A stretch of 42,312 bases of DNA, from IMG/VR virus record IMGVR_UViG_3300031228_000015, positions 1 to 42,312 of that record. One strand, 5' to 3'. Both the position numbers and the translations under genes were made by a program. The DNA comes from a virus. The notes under the pieces were generated by a model. It worked only from the letters and a program-made list of their open reading frames with translations, was not told the DNA's origin and searched no databases. Shown piece by piece: positions 23,859 through 32,458 of this stretch (position 1 is its first letter; each line of letters starts with the position of its first letter).

Positions 23859-24455
23859 TCAAACGCCCACGTAGCGATACGGCGCGGTCAGCGTCGAAAC
23901 GCCTAATGGAATCTCGGCCGGGGCAGCCCCGATAACTATCGCCCCCCGGTTGTTGTACCAGTTCGTCGCCAGCATCTTGATCGCCGTCTTGATCGGCCAC
24001 GGCACATCGCCCGGCGCGCCGTAACCGGCCGTGGCGGCGATCCGCACCGCGTCACTCCGATCGTCCTCCACCGGCGGCGCATCGAATACGGTGCGAAACC
24101 GCACGAACGAACCCCGCGCATCGGCCAGCAGCTCGTAATCGGCGGAATCCACCGTTTGCAGCACCCCGTCCGCATCGTAATAGGTCACCGTCGCGGCACT
24201 CACATCCGGAAAGGGAAGTCGCACTTCCCGGCATGTCGGCCACGCTGCCATGGCCACGCGCCACGTTTGCATGACCAGGCACCGGCCCAGAATCCCGGTC
24301 CACCCGTCCAGGATTCCGATCGCCGCATTCAGCATGGCCGAAAGCTCCGAATCCTCATCGTCATGGTCCACCCGCGCCCACTGTTTCAGTTCCGCCAGCG
24401 ACACCGCCGGATCGGCGGGGGGCGTGATCAACACCGGGTTCAATATCCTGTCCAT
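23859..24455 (-). CDS. gp6-like head-tail connector protein
   Basis: PADPAVSLAELKQWARVDHDDEDSELSAMLNAAIGILDGWTG is typical of the phage gp6-like connector family. Confidence 0.75.
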   Translation of the reverse strand: MDRILNPVLITPPADPAVSLAELKQWARVDHDDEDSELSAMLNAAIGILDGWTGILGRCLVMQTWRVAMAAWPTCREVRLPFPDVSAATVTYYDADGVLQTVDSADYELLADARGSFVRFRTVFDAPPVEDDRSDAVRIAATAGYGAPGDVPWPIKTAIKMLATNWYNNRGAIVIGAAPAEIPLGVSTLTAPYRYVGV

Positions 24456-24488
24456 CTTCCTCGCCGCCGCTCGCCGCGCAGCGCGCGA

Positions 24489-24701
24489 TCAGCGCTCGCT
24501 CCGCGTCGCGCGCGGCTTGCTCTTGCGCTTCGGCGATGGGGCGGGTGCGGCTTCCGGCTCGTCGGGAATCGCCTCGGCAAATCCTTCCCGCACCGCAACC
24601 TGCGCCAACTCGCCGGTCACCACATCTCCGGGGCGGAACCGCCTGGTCAGCGGCTCGTCATCCGGGCGCCCGTTGAATACCTTCGTCGCCTTGGCACGCA
24701 T
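24489..24701 (-). CDS. Hypothetical protein (70 aa)
   Basis: ATG at 24701 after AAGGA. The upstream 20 codons of the track ORF were not used. Confidence 0.4.
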   Translation of the reverse strand: MRAKATKVFNGRPDDEPLTRRFRPGDVVTGELAQVAVREGFAEAIPDEPEAAPAPSPKRKSKPRATRSER

Positions 24702-24773
24702 GGCATCGGTCCTTTGAAAAAGAGGAGGGCCGCTTTCACGGCCCTCCGGTCGCACGGTCACACGGTCACACGA

Positions 24774-25190
24774 TCAGGGATTGGCGGTCGGGCCATCCTC
24801 GGGGTGGCTCAACACCGCCACCGCGCCGAACAGCGCGGCCGAGGCGTTGTTCGCCGGCGTGATGGTCAGCCGGGTGTAGCGCTTGACGCCCTTATATCCC
24901 AGCTTGCGCACCTCGTTATCGTCATCGAACTGGAAGCCTGCCGCCGCTTCGGTGCCCAGCAGGTCGCCGTCCGCCACCGCCGCCGCATCGGAGAGATCGG
25001 ATTCGTCGCCCTCCTCCAGCAGCACGGCGAACGTCGCATCGGCATCCGCGACCGAACCGATCGCGATGACGTATTCCAGGCTTTGAAAGCCCTGCCGGTC
25101 GATGATCTCGCCGACCTCGGCAGTATCGTCCGCCACCGAAACGGGGCTGATGCACCGTTCGATATGAACGCTGTTATGTAGATCCTTCAT
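24774..25190 (-). CDS. Head-associated hypothetical protein (138 aa, acidic)
   Basis: Lies immediately downstream of the capsid gene. Motif KLGYKGVKRYTRL recurs in capsid-adjacent phage proteins (recollection only). Confidence 0.55.
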   Translation of the reverse strand: MKDLHNSVHIERCISPVSVADDTAEVGEIIDRQGFQSLEYVIAIGSVADADATFAVLLEEGDESDLSDAAAVADGDLLGTEAAAGFQFDDDNEVRKLGYKGVKRYTRLTITPANNASAALFGAVAVLSHPEDGPTANP

Positions 25191-25224
25191 TGTTCGTTTC
25201 CTTCATTTGGAAGCTGGTACAAAG

Positions 25225-25257
25225 CAAGCCGCCCGCAGCGCCACCACAGGCGGCTTG
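25225..25257 (-). terminator. Possible intrinsic terminator/attenuator after the capsid gene
   Basis: 9-bp perfect stem CAAGCCGCC/GGCGGCTTG with a 15-nt loop. On the minus strand it is followed by CTTTGT. Weak U-tract. Confidence 0.3.
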
Positions 25258-25291
25258 CCCCGTATCCGACCGGAAGGGGGAAACCGGCCGG

Positions 25292-26557
25292 TCAGGTCGA
25301 ACACTTGAGCAGCTTGAGCGCCTCGAAATTGACGATCCCGCCGCCGACGCGCTTGGTCGTGTAGAACAGCACGTTCGGCTTCGAAGTGTACGGATCGCGC
25401 AGCACGCGGATGCCCGCGCGGTCGGCGATCAGGTAGGACCGCTGGAAATTGCCGAACGCCACCGGGAAGGCGTTGGCGCCCAGCGCCGGCATGTTGTCGT
25501 CGGTCGCCACCGGCTTGCCCAGGATGGTGGTGACGTTCGCCGGGCCGCTCGGCGGCGCCCACAGATAGTTGCCGTCACCATCCTTGAACTTGCGGATCGT
25601 TCCCATCACCGCGTCCGAAGTAAGCCAGCTCGCGCCGTTGCGATGCCCCTCCTTCAGCGAATAGAACAGGTCGATCAGCGCGTCGGCCGGATCGCTCGCC
25701 GCAAAATCGGCCGCCGCGCCGGTCACCGTGAAGCCCAGGTTGCCCCAGCTCCACGATGCGTTCGCAACGGTCGGATAGGCCAGGATGCCGCGCGGCTTGT
25801 TGATGCCGTTGCCCGACACAAAGGCTGCGCCTTCCTGCTCGGCGAACTCGATCGACACCTCCTCGGCCAGCCATTGGGCGACATCGATCCGCGCGTCGTC
25901 CAGCGACTTCTGCGTCGCCGCCGGCTGCGCATAGATTTCACCGGTAACGATCGCGATCTCGCGCAGCGTCGGCGTATCGGTCTCGGGGCGGGACTGCTCC
26001 TCGCCAACCCAGCCCGAACTCGCGCCGCCCATGCTAACAAGCTTCTTGTAGGTGTCGGTCGAAATGGTGATCACTCGCGCCAGGCTGCGCACCGCCGAAA
26101 CGGTGCCCAGCACGCGGTCGATCGCCGTTTCCATCTCTTCGGGCACCAGATAGCCGCCATCCGGATCGGACTGCGTGGTAAGCTTGGCCTTGACCTCAAG
26201 ATCGGAAAGCCCGGCGTCAACGCCCTTGCGGAACCACCGGCCGAAGGCCTCGGCATGCGCCGCGACATCCGGGTCCATCGCATCGCCGCCGCCCGCGCCG
26301 ACCTTCATCGCCGCGATCAGCGCGTTGGTCTCGTCAAGCGACTTCTGCAGGCTGGTGATCTCGGCGTTGATGCGGTCGACCTTTTCGGTCTGCACCACAT
26401 CGCCCATGCCCTTCTTCAGGTCGGCGATTTCCTTGTCGCGCTCTGCCTTGAAGTCCTCGAAGGCCTTCTTCAGCTCGGCAAGGATGGCGGGGGCGTTGTT
26501 GGCATCGGCGCGTACACCGACAAGCCCGCGCGCGCGGGCGTTAAGCATGATGCTCAT
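25292..26557 (-). CDS. HK97-family major capsid protein
   Basis: 421 aa. N-terminal delta-like coiled coil, then GGYLVPEE...SGWVGE...EFAEQEGAAFVSGNGINKPRGIL...FGNFQRSYLIADR. Confidence 0.95.
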   Translation of the reverse strand: MSIMLNARARGLVGVRADANNAPAILAELKKAFEDFKAERDKEIADLKKGMGDVVQTEKVDRINAEITSLQKSLDETNALIAAMKVGAGGGDAMDPDVAAHAEAFGRWFRKGVDAGLSDLEVKAKLTTQSDPDGGYLVPEEMETAIDRVLGTVSAVRSLARVITISTDTYKKLVSMGGASSGWVGEEQSRPETDTPTLREIAIVTGEIYAQPAATQKSLDDARIDVAQWLAEEVSIEFAEQEGAAFVSGNGINKPRGILAYPTVANASWSWGNLGFTVTGAAADFAASDPADALIDLFYSLKEGHRNGASWLTSDAVMGTIRKFKDGDGNYLWAPPSGPANVTTILGKPVATDDNMPALGANAFPVAFGNFQRSYLIADRAGIRVLRDPYTSKPNVLFYTTKRVGGGIVNFEALKLLKCST

Positions 26558-26566
26558 GATTGTCTC

Positions 26567-27424
26567 CTATGAGCGAATGGTCGCAAGCAGCTCGCTCAGC
26601 GAAGCTGCGGTGACGCCTGCATCGCGCGCGGCGGGGTTGCGGCCTGCATCGCGCACGGCCGCGGCGGACACCATCTCCGAAAGCATTTCGGAGCGCGTGT
26701 CCCGCGAAAAGCCGGCCCTGGCGAGCGCGGCTTCGATCTGTCGGCGGGCCATCAGCCCGCGATCCTTGTTCTTCGCCTCAGCGGCTTCGCCGGCGGACAG
26801 CGCCTCATCGACCCGATCGGCGAAGCCGCGCTCCACCGCCGCGCTCGCCCCCATGAACATCTCGGCGTCCATCAGCGCCTCGATATCCTTGCGCGCCGCA
26901 CCGGTGCGCGCCTCGTAGATATCGGCCAGCGCCGCATCGAATTCTTCGAACAGATCGGCCGAGGCGCGCATGTCGTGCCGGTTGCCGATCACCAGACCCC
27001 AGGCGTTGTGCACCATCATGAAGGTGCCGAGGCCCATGACGATCTCGTCGCCCGCCATCGCGATCACCGAAGCCGCCGAAGCCGCCCAGCCCATCACCTC
27101 GACGGTCACTTTCGCCGGGTGTGCGCGCAGCAGGTTGTAGATCGCTATCCCGTCGAACATGTCCCCGCCGGGCGAATTGATCCGCACCCTCACGTCGCGC
27201 TTGCCGATCGCGCGCAGCGCCGCCGAAACGCGCTTGGCGGTCACGCCGCCGCCGGTCCAGAAATCCTCGCCGATCACGTCGAACATCGTGATCGTGTTCT
27301 CGTCATCCTCGCCGGCGGCCAGCGGGTGCTCGGCCCAACGCGCCATCACATCGCTCGGCGCATCCCACTGGAAATTCTGCGGGCGCTGGAACTGCCGCGC
27401 CTCAGGCAGCGTGCGAAGACTCAT
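26567..27424 (-). CDS. ClpP-like (S14) prohead protease/scaffold fusion
   Basis: VRINSPGGDMFDGIAIYNLL...MGWAASAASVIAMAGD...MVHNAW. Confidence 0.9.
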   Translation of the reverse strand: MSLRTLPEARQFQRPQNFQWDAPSDVMARWAEHPLAAGEDDENTITMFDVIGEDFWTGGGVTAKRVSAALRAIGKRDVRVRINSPGGDMFDGIAIYNLLRAHPAKVTVEVMGWAASAASVIAMAGDEIVMGLGTFMMVHNAWGLVIGNRHDMRASADLFEEFDAALADIYEARTGAARKDIEALMDAEMFMGASAAVERGFADRVDEALSAGEAAEAKNKDRGLMARRQIEAALARAGFSRDTRSEMLSEMVSAAAVRDAGRNPAARDAGVTAASLSELLATIRS

Positions 27425-27427
27425 CGA

Positions 27428-28717
27428 TCAATCCTCTCCATCTTCAAGCGGCGGGCCATCGTTGTCGTCAGCGCGCTGCTCCAGGTCGCCGCCTGCGGTA
27501 TTCGGCGGGTCGTAATAGACATCGCCTTCATCGCGCGGGTTCAGATCCTCCAGCGTGCGCACTTCGTTGGGGCTGTAGACACCCCACTGCAGCGCCTTCA
27601 CATAGGCTTCCCACCGCGCCTTGATGTCGCCCTTGACCAGAGCGTTGCGGTTGAAGCGGGCATAAAGATCGGAATCTTCCACAATCAGGTCGCGGTCGAT
27701 CGTCTCTTCCCACATCGTCAGGTGGTCTTCGAGGGTCCAGGTCACGAAGCCGATCGACTGCTGCTCGATCCCCGTGCCCCAGCTCGTGGACTTTTCCGTG
27801 TCGCCGATCATGTGCGGCGGCACCCCGAAGAACATCGCAATGTCGCGGCGCGAGAAGGCCCGCGCCTCGATCCACTGCGCATCCTCCGAAGTCATCGACA
27901 TCGGCTGAAAGTCCATCCCCTCCTCAAGGATCAGAACCTTCCCCTCGCGCTCGCCGCCGGCGCGAAAATCGTCAAGGCTGGACTTGAGGAATTCCTGCCC
28001 TTCCTTGCCGAGCCTGCCGGGATGCTTCAGCGCCGCCGACACCCGCGCACCGTTGCGGAAGGTCGCCGCGCCATGCTCGGTCATCGCCAGCGATTCGCCG
28101 ATCGATTCGCGGGCATAGGAAATCACCGAAACACCATTCACCCCGTCGAGCGTCAGGCCCACCAGGTGCAGCACCTCGCGCTGTGTCAGCGCCTGCCGGC
28201 GGCCGTTCTTCCGCGTGTAGACGTAGCTCAATGACAGGTCATCGTTCTGCCGCGTCTCCACCCGGTCAGGGTGCAGCGGGATCAGCCCGATCACCTCGCC
28301 GCGCGAACGAACGATCATCGCATAGCCGTTGCCGCGCAGCAGCATGTGCGCCTGCAGCATCCGTCGGAACTGCGAGGGCGTCTGCCATTTGTTCGGCCGC
28401 CGTCGCAACACCTTCCACAACTCGGTATCCGAAGCGTCGACTCGCGTGCGCTCGTCAACCCGCCGCTTCACGTGCAGCGGCAGCGTGGCGACCGCGCCCG
28501 AAATGATCCGCACACAGGCATAGACCGCCGCCACGCGCATCGCCTTGGCCGGCGTAACGAACTGGCCCGATGCCGTCAGCGATCCGGCACGCAGCGCTTC
28601 CTCGAGATCCTGCGGCGTCCGGATGACGATCCCGCCGCCAGCATCCTGAAACGATGCGCGGGGCGCGGGAAGCTGCGGCGCCGTGCGGGGTGTGAACCAT
28701 GCTGACCAGAATGCCAT
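27428..28717 (-). CDS. HK97-family portal protein
   Basis: 429 aa. AVYACVRIISGAVATLPL...LLRGNGYA...FGVPPHMIG. Confidence 0.9.
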   Translation of the reverse strand: MAFWSAWFTPRTAPQLPAPRASFQDAGGGIVIRTPQDLEEALRAGSLTASGQFVTPAKAMRVAAVYACVRIISGAVATLPLHVKRRVDERTRVDASDTELWKVLRRRPNKWQTPSQFRRMLQAHMLLRGNGYAMIVRSRGEVIGLIPLHPDRVETRQNDDLSLSYVYTRKNGRRQALTQREVLHLVGLTLDGVNGVSVISYARESIGESLAMTEHGAATFRNGARVSAALKHPGRLGKEGQEFLKSSLDDFRAGGEREGKVLILEEGMDFQPMSMTSEDAQWIEARAFSRRDIAMFFGVPPHMIGDTEKSTSWGTGIEQQSIGFVTWTLEDHLTMWEETIDRDLIVEDSDLYARFNRNALVKGDIKARWEAYVKALQWGVYSPNEVRTLEDLNPRDEGDVYYDPPNTAGGDLEQRADDNDGPPLEDGED

Positions 28718-28720
28718 CGG

Positions 28721-30448
28721 TCAGAGCGCCAACATGCCCCGGTCCTGATAGACCGACTGCCCCGCCGCATCCGGGTTGCGCTCCAGCAGCTTTGTCGCGT
28801 TGAACGCCGCGATCAGCGGGTCGATCTTCGCCTTGCCGGCGGCCTGCTTCGTGATCAGCACCGCGTTTCCTTTCTGCTCCGCCTTCGCGTTGCCGACGCA
28901 CCACGCCATCATCGCCGAGCCGTCATGCCAAAGCGTGCCGTCCTTCAGCTTGCGCTCCATGCCCCACACAGCCGACGAAAGGCGGAAGCCCTGGCTTATC
29001 GCCACCACCGCCTCGCCGCCCAGGCCGGCTTGCGCCAGTTCGTCCACCAGCGCGCCTACGCCCTGCGGGTCCAGCCCCACGCCGCCCTTTTCCGGCAGCA
29101 GCCCGGCGTCCAGCAACCGGCGGCAGATCCCGGTGAATTCCTCCAGGTCCTGCGTCGCCGACTTGCAGATCGTCAGCGAGCCGGCCGCTTCGAAGTCGCG
29201 CAGCGCCGGGGCGATATCCTTGCGCAGGTCCAGCACATCCGGCTGCACCCACGCATGGAACCAGTAAAGCCAGTCCCGCGTCACCCGGCACCGCCCGGCC
29301 ACGCACATGCCGAACAGATCGTCCAGGCCGCCGCCGTCGCCACCGGCCACCGCCACGTCGCACCGCTCGATCAGCGTGTCCAGCGTCAGGCTCTTGTCGC
29401 CCGCCGCCTCCCACAGGTCCGCGCCGCGCCAGCGGTCGCGGCGGAGGCGAAGGCCGATCTCCACATTCAGGTGCTTGGCCAGGAATATCTGCTTGCCGTC
29501 GCCGTCGCCGCGCATCGCCTTGCCCAGCTCCGCCGCCAGCCAGTCCTCGCTCACCGATCGGCCGATGTTCGGATTGGTCACGTGGAAGTTCTTGCGCTCC
29601 AGATAGGCCTCAGCCTCGATCATCGCGGCGGGCCACTCGTAAAGCATCGGCAGGCACGCCGGGTCCACCACGTGCCCGTCGCGCACGTCGCGCATGTATT
29701 CCAGCTTCTCCTTGAACACCCCCGCCGGCGCTTCGTCGCTGTGCGTCGTCAGGTAGATCACGAACCCTTCCGGCCGCGATGCCAGGCCGCCGGTCGCCTC
29801 GCGCAGCATCGCCGATGCCGCCGGTTTCTTGCCGAACAGCCACAGCTCATCCACCAGCACGAACCCGGCCTTCTTGCCGCCCACCACGTCGCTGTCCGCC
29901 GCCACCACCTTCAGCTCGGCGCCGGTCACGCGGTGCCGGATCGTCCGCTGGTGATCGATCACATGCAGCAGGCTGTTCAGTTCATCGTCCGCCCGCACCA
30001 TGCCCCCCGCAGGGCCGAAGCTGTTGTTCGCGATCTCGATCGTCGGCGCCAGGATCAGCAGCTCGGCCAGGTGCCGCCAGTTGCGGATCAGCGCCGTCAT
30101 CATGATCCCGGCGGCGATGGTGGACTTCGCGTTCTTCTTGCTGATCAGCAGCATGAACTCGCGGATCAGCCGCTGCGCCGAAGCCTCATCGTATGCGCCG
30201 AAGATCGCTTCCACGAAGTCGAACACGAACAGGTCGCACGCCTCGCCGAAGGTCGGTTGTCCCGGCACATCCACGATGCGCAGCGACTTGAAAACCGCCA
30301 GCGATGCCTTGGCCTCCGCCGGAAACAGCGGGGCGAACGGCACCAGCGATTCCCCCGCCACGATCCGCCGCTCCCAATCCGGGCACGCGGTCGACCATGT
30401 TGGGGGCGCACGGCGAACCTCCGCCTTTGCCGCCTTCACCGGCGCCAT
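28721..30448 (-). CDS. Terminase large subunit
   Basis: 575 aa. Walker A-like [16 protein letters not shown], and a nuclease half with [10 protein letters not shown]. Confidence 0.9.
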   Translation of the reverse strand: MAPVKAAKAEVRRAPPTWSTACPDWERRIVAGESLVPFAPLFPAEAKASLAVFKSLRIVDVPGQPTFGEACDLFVFDFVEAIFGAYDEASAQRLIREFMLLISKKNAKSTIAAGIMMTALIRNWRHLAELLILAPTIEIANNSFGPAGGMVRADDELNSLLHVIDHQRTIRHRVTGAELKVVAADSDVVGGKKAGFVLVDELWLFGKKPAASAMLREATGGLASRPEGFVIYLTTHSDEAPAGVFKEKLEYMRDVRDGHVVDPACLPMLYEWPAAMIEAEAYLERKNFHVTNPNIGRSVSEDWLAAELGKAMRGDGDGKQIFLAKHLNVEIGLRLRRDRWRGADLWEAAGDKSLTLDTLIERCDVAVAGGDGGGLDDLFGMCVAGRCRVTRDWLYWFHAWVQPDVLDLRKDIAPALRDFEAAGSLTICKSATQDLEEFTGICRRLLDAGLLPEKGGVGLDPQGVGALVDELAQAGLGGEAVVAISQGFRLSSAVWGMERKLKDGTLWHDGSAMMAWCVGNAKAEQKGNAVLITKQAAGKAKIDPLIAAFNATKLLERNPDAAGQSVYQDRGMLAL

Positions 30449-30945
30449 CAGTTCACCGTGCGGGGGCCTGGCGGCGGCGCGAACTTGCCGGTCACCTCGT
30501 GCGCTGCCGCGCGTTGCTGCTCCTTCTTGCCCATCTTCGAACCCGCCGCCCGGCCGCCTTCACTCGCCGCGCCGCCCGTCCCCGTCGCTCCCACGCCCCG
30601 CGCCGCCACGCGCTCCGAAAGCTTGCCCAACTCGTGCTGGTCCAGTCGCTTGAAGTACCGGTCGATCGCCGAAACGTTGCCCTTCTCAATCTCGCCCCAC
30701 AGCGCGTTCAGAAGCTTGGCCTCCACCCGCGCACGCGCCTCTTCCTTCGCCGCCAGCTGGCGGGAATAATGCTTGCGCAAAGTCTTCGGATCGACGCCCA
30801 GCGCCATGGCGATCCGTTCGTCGCTCCAGTCGAACGACGCTAACTGTATGACAAGCCTACGCTTTTCATCGGTAGGCTCATGCTGCGGACGCCCGCGCTT
30901 CGGCACGTCGTAACGCACCGGGTCGCCCAGCAGGTCAAACACCAT
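30448..30945 (-). CDS. Terminase small subunit candidate
   Basis: Position directly upstream of TerL (start/stop adjacent). HTH-like [19 protein letters not shown]. First ATG at 30945; TTG at 30954 in the track. Confidence 0.55.
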   Translation of the reverse strand: MVFDLLGDPVRYDVPKRGRPQHEPTDEKRRLVIQLASFDWSDERIAMALGVDPKTLRKHYSRQLAAKEEARARVEAKLLNALWGEIEKGNVSAIDRYFKRLDQHELGKLSERVAARGVGATGTGGAASEGGRAAGSKMGKKEQQRAAAHEVTGKFAPPPGPRTVN

Positions 30946-31014
30946 CTCACCCAAGAAAAAATCTCCGAATGTGGGTGGCGGCGGTTCCCGGGCCGCAGGG
31001 GTTGGGAAGATTTG

Positions 31015-31332
31015 CTACCCCCCCGTGGGGTTCCCCATGGCCCGCTTGCGCCTTGCGTCGGCCGTCTTGCGTGCGTGGCATGGTATGCAGCGAAGGCGGA
31101 CGTTCCGTTTGTCCAGCGGCGCGCCGCCATCCTTCAGCTCGACCACGTGATCGCCGATGATCCGGCCGGCAGCGCCGCAAGCCTCGCACCAGCTTCCGCG
31201 CTCGCGCTTGATCTCGGCCAGCAACGCGCGCCACTCGCGCGACAGGTAAATCGAATCCGCCATCTTCGGGAGCGCCTTCACCATGGGCGGCAGCGAACCG
31301 ATCAACGGGCGCATACCCTTCAACCTGCCCAT
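31015..31332 (-). CDS. HNH endonuclease
   Basis: WCEACGAAGRIIGDHVVELKDGG...LRCIPCHARKT. Typical HNH located next to terminase in cos-type phages. Confidence 0.85.
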   Translation of the reverse strand: MGRLKGMRPLIGSLPPMVKALPKMADSIYLSREWRALLAEIKRERGSWCEACGAAGRIIGDHVVELKDGGAPLDKRNVRLRCIPCHARKTADARRKRAMGNPTGG

Positions 31333-31455
31333 TGCACCAGCACCATCCGCTTTGCCCAGCGCATCACCCAGACCATACGAAAACCGCCCCCAAGCGGCTG
31401 CTCCGGGCCGGTTCTCTAACTACTATGCGGAAAATGCTTTTAACCCCCGGTTATG

Positions 31456-32277
31456 TCAATCCCCTTTCTCTCGCTTTGCCGGATCAGTGAAACGCACCCT
31501 TCCGAAGCTCGCATGCGCCACCACACCGGGCTCGATACCGCCCTCTCGCGGATAGGCGATCTGCACCGCATCGGGGTCGCGAACCGAGCGAATCCGCCCT
31601 TGCCGGGCGGGCGGGCACCACATGTCGGCCAACGTCGTCAAGGCATCGCGCAGCGTGCGGCCCACGTATTCGGTATCGCCACGCCGCGGTTGCCCGCCCT
31701 TCCCGCGCCGGAACAACCGCGCGGCGATCTCGCGGAACGTCATGCCGTCCACCACCGAAAGCGTCACGATCAGCCCGGCCCGCGCGCCCAGCGCATGATG
31801 CGCCTGGCGCAGCACCGATGCACCCCACAGCCGCGTTTCGGTGGGCGAGGCCGGGCCACCGCCGCCGCGCACCCGGCTCATGTCCAGCGCGCAGGGGATG
31901 CCGCCCGCCGCCGCCTCGGCCGCCGCGCGATAGGTATTCGCCACCTGGTGCTGGCGCGCGTTCAACTGGCCGCGCCGGTACATCGCCTCGATCATGTCCA
32001 CGAAGCGCCGGGCACCGCGCGCGCCGCCCACCACAGGCTCATTCGTCCGCTTCTCGGCCGCCGTCTTCGCTTGCCGCTTTTGGCGGGACTTTCCCTTGTT
32101 TTTCAAACCCTTCACCTTTTTCTTGCGAGGGTTTGCGAGGGTTTGCGAGGGTTGATCGTCAACCCTCGCAGTGATTTTATCGTTACCATTCAATATCTTG
32201 TTTTCATCTTGCGAGCATAGCGAGGGTAAACCTTGCACGTGTGTATAAGAATTCATTCCCTTGGTCTTTTCGCCCAT
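31456..32277 (-). CDS. Putative DNA-binding regulator (sigma-70 region-4/LuxR-like HTH), start uncertain
   Basis: C-terminal half has GLIVTLSVVDGMTFREIAARLF. The first ~55-95 codons overlap the iteron/AT-rich origin, so the true start may be internal (GTG 32115 or ATG 31995). Confidence 0.5.
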   Translation of the reverse strand: MGEKTKGMNSYTHVQGLPSLCSQDENKILNGNDKITARVDDQPSQTLANPRKKKVKGLKNKGKSRQKRQAKTAAEKRTNEPVVGGARGARRFVDMIEAMYRRGQLNARQHQVANTYRAAAEAAAGGIPCALDMSRVRGGGGPASPTETRLWGASVLRQAHHALGARAGLIVTLSVVDGMTFREIAARLFRRGKGGQPRRGDTEYVGRTLRDALTTLADMWCPPARQGRIRSVRDPDAVQIAYPREGGIEPGVVAHASFGRVRFTDPAKREKGD

Positions 32278-32420
32278 GGCATTCGCCCCTTCTCATACGC
32301 GCGCGTAGAGGAAACCCTCGCATGCTCGCACCAGCGCCAATAACCCATTGACGCAAAACCGGAATTTACCTTGCGAGGGTTGACCTCAACCCTCGCACAA
32401 CCCTCGCAACCCTCGCGCCG
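32118..32420. promoter_or_regulatory. Iteron-type replication origin candidate
   Basis: TTGCGAGGGT occurs three times in tandem (32123-32152). A palindrome GAGGGTTGAtcgTCAACCCTC follows. Next comes an AT-rich core (~32170-32300) with partial sites. A mirrored cluster TTGCGAGGGTTGAccTCAACCCTCGCAcAACCCTCGCAACCCTCGCG lies at 32371-32417. Confidence 0.6.
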
Positions 32421-32458
32421 ACACAACGCCCCAGATGCACAAGGTAACGCCTTGAATC

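Noticed and set aside
32118-32420. The TTGCGAGGGT repeat cluster as a CRISPR array or MITE
   Set aside because: The repeats are 10 bp and directly abutting or inverted, without spacers. Their mirrored arrangement around an AT-rich core next to the helicase gene fits an origin or operator array instead.
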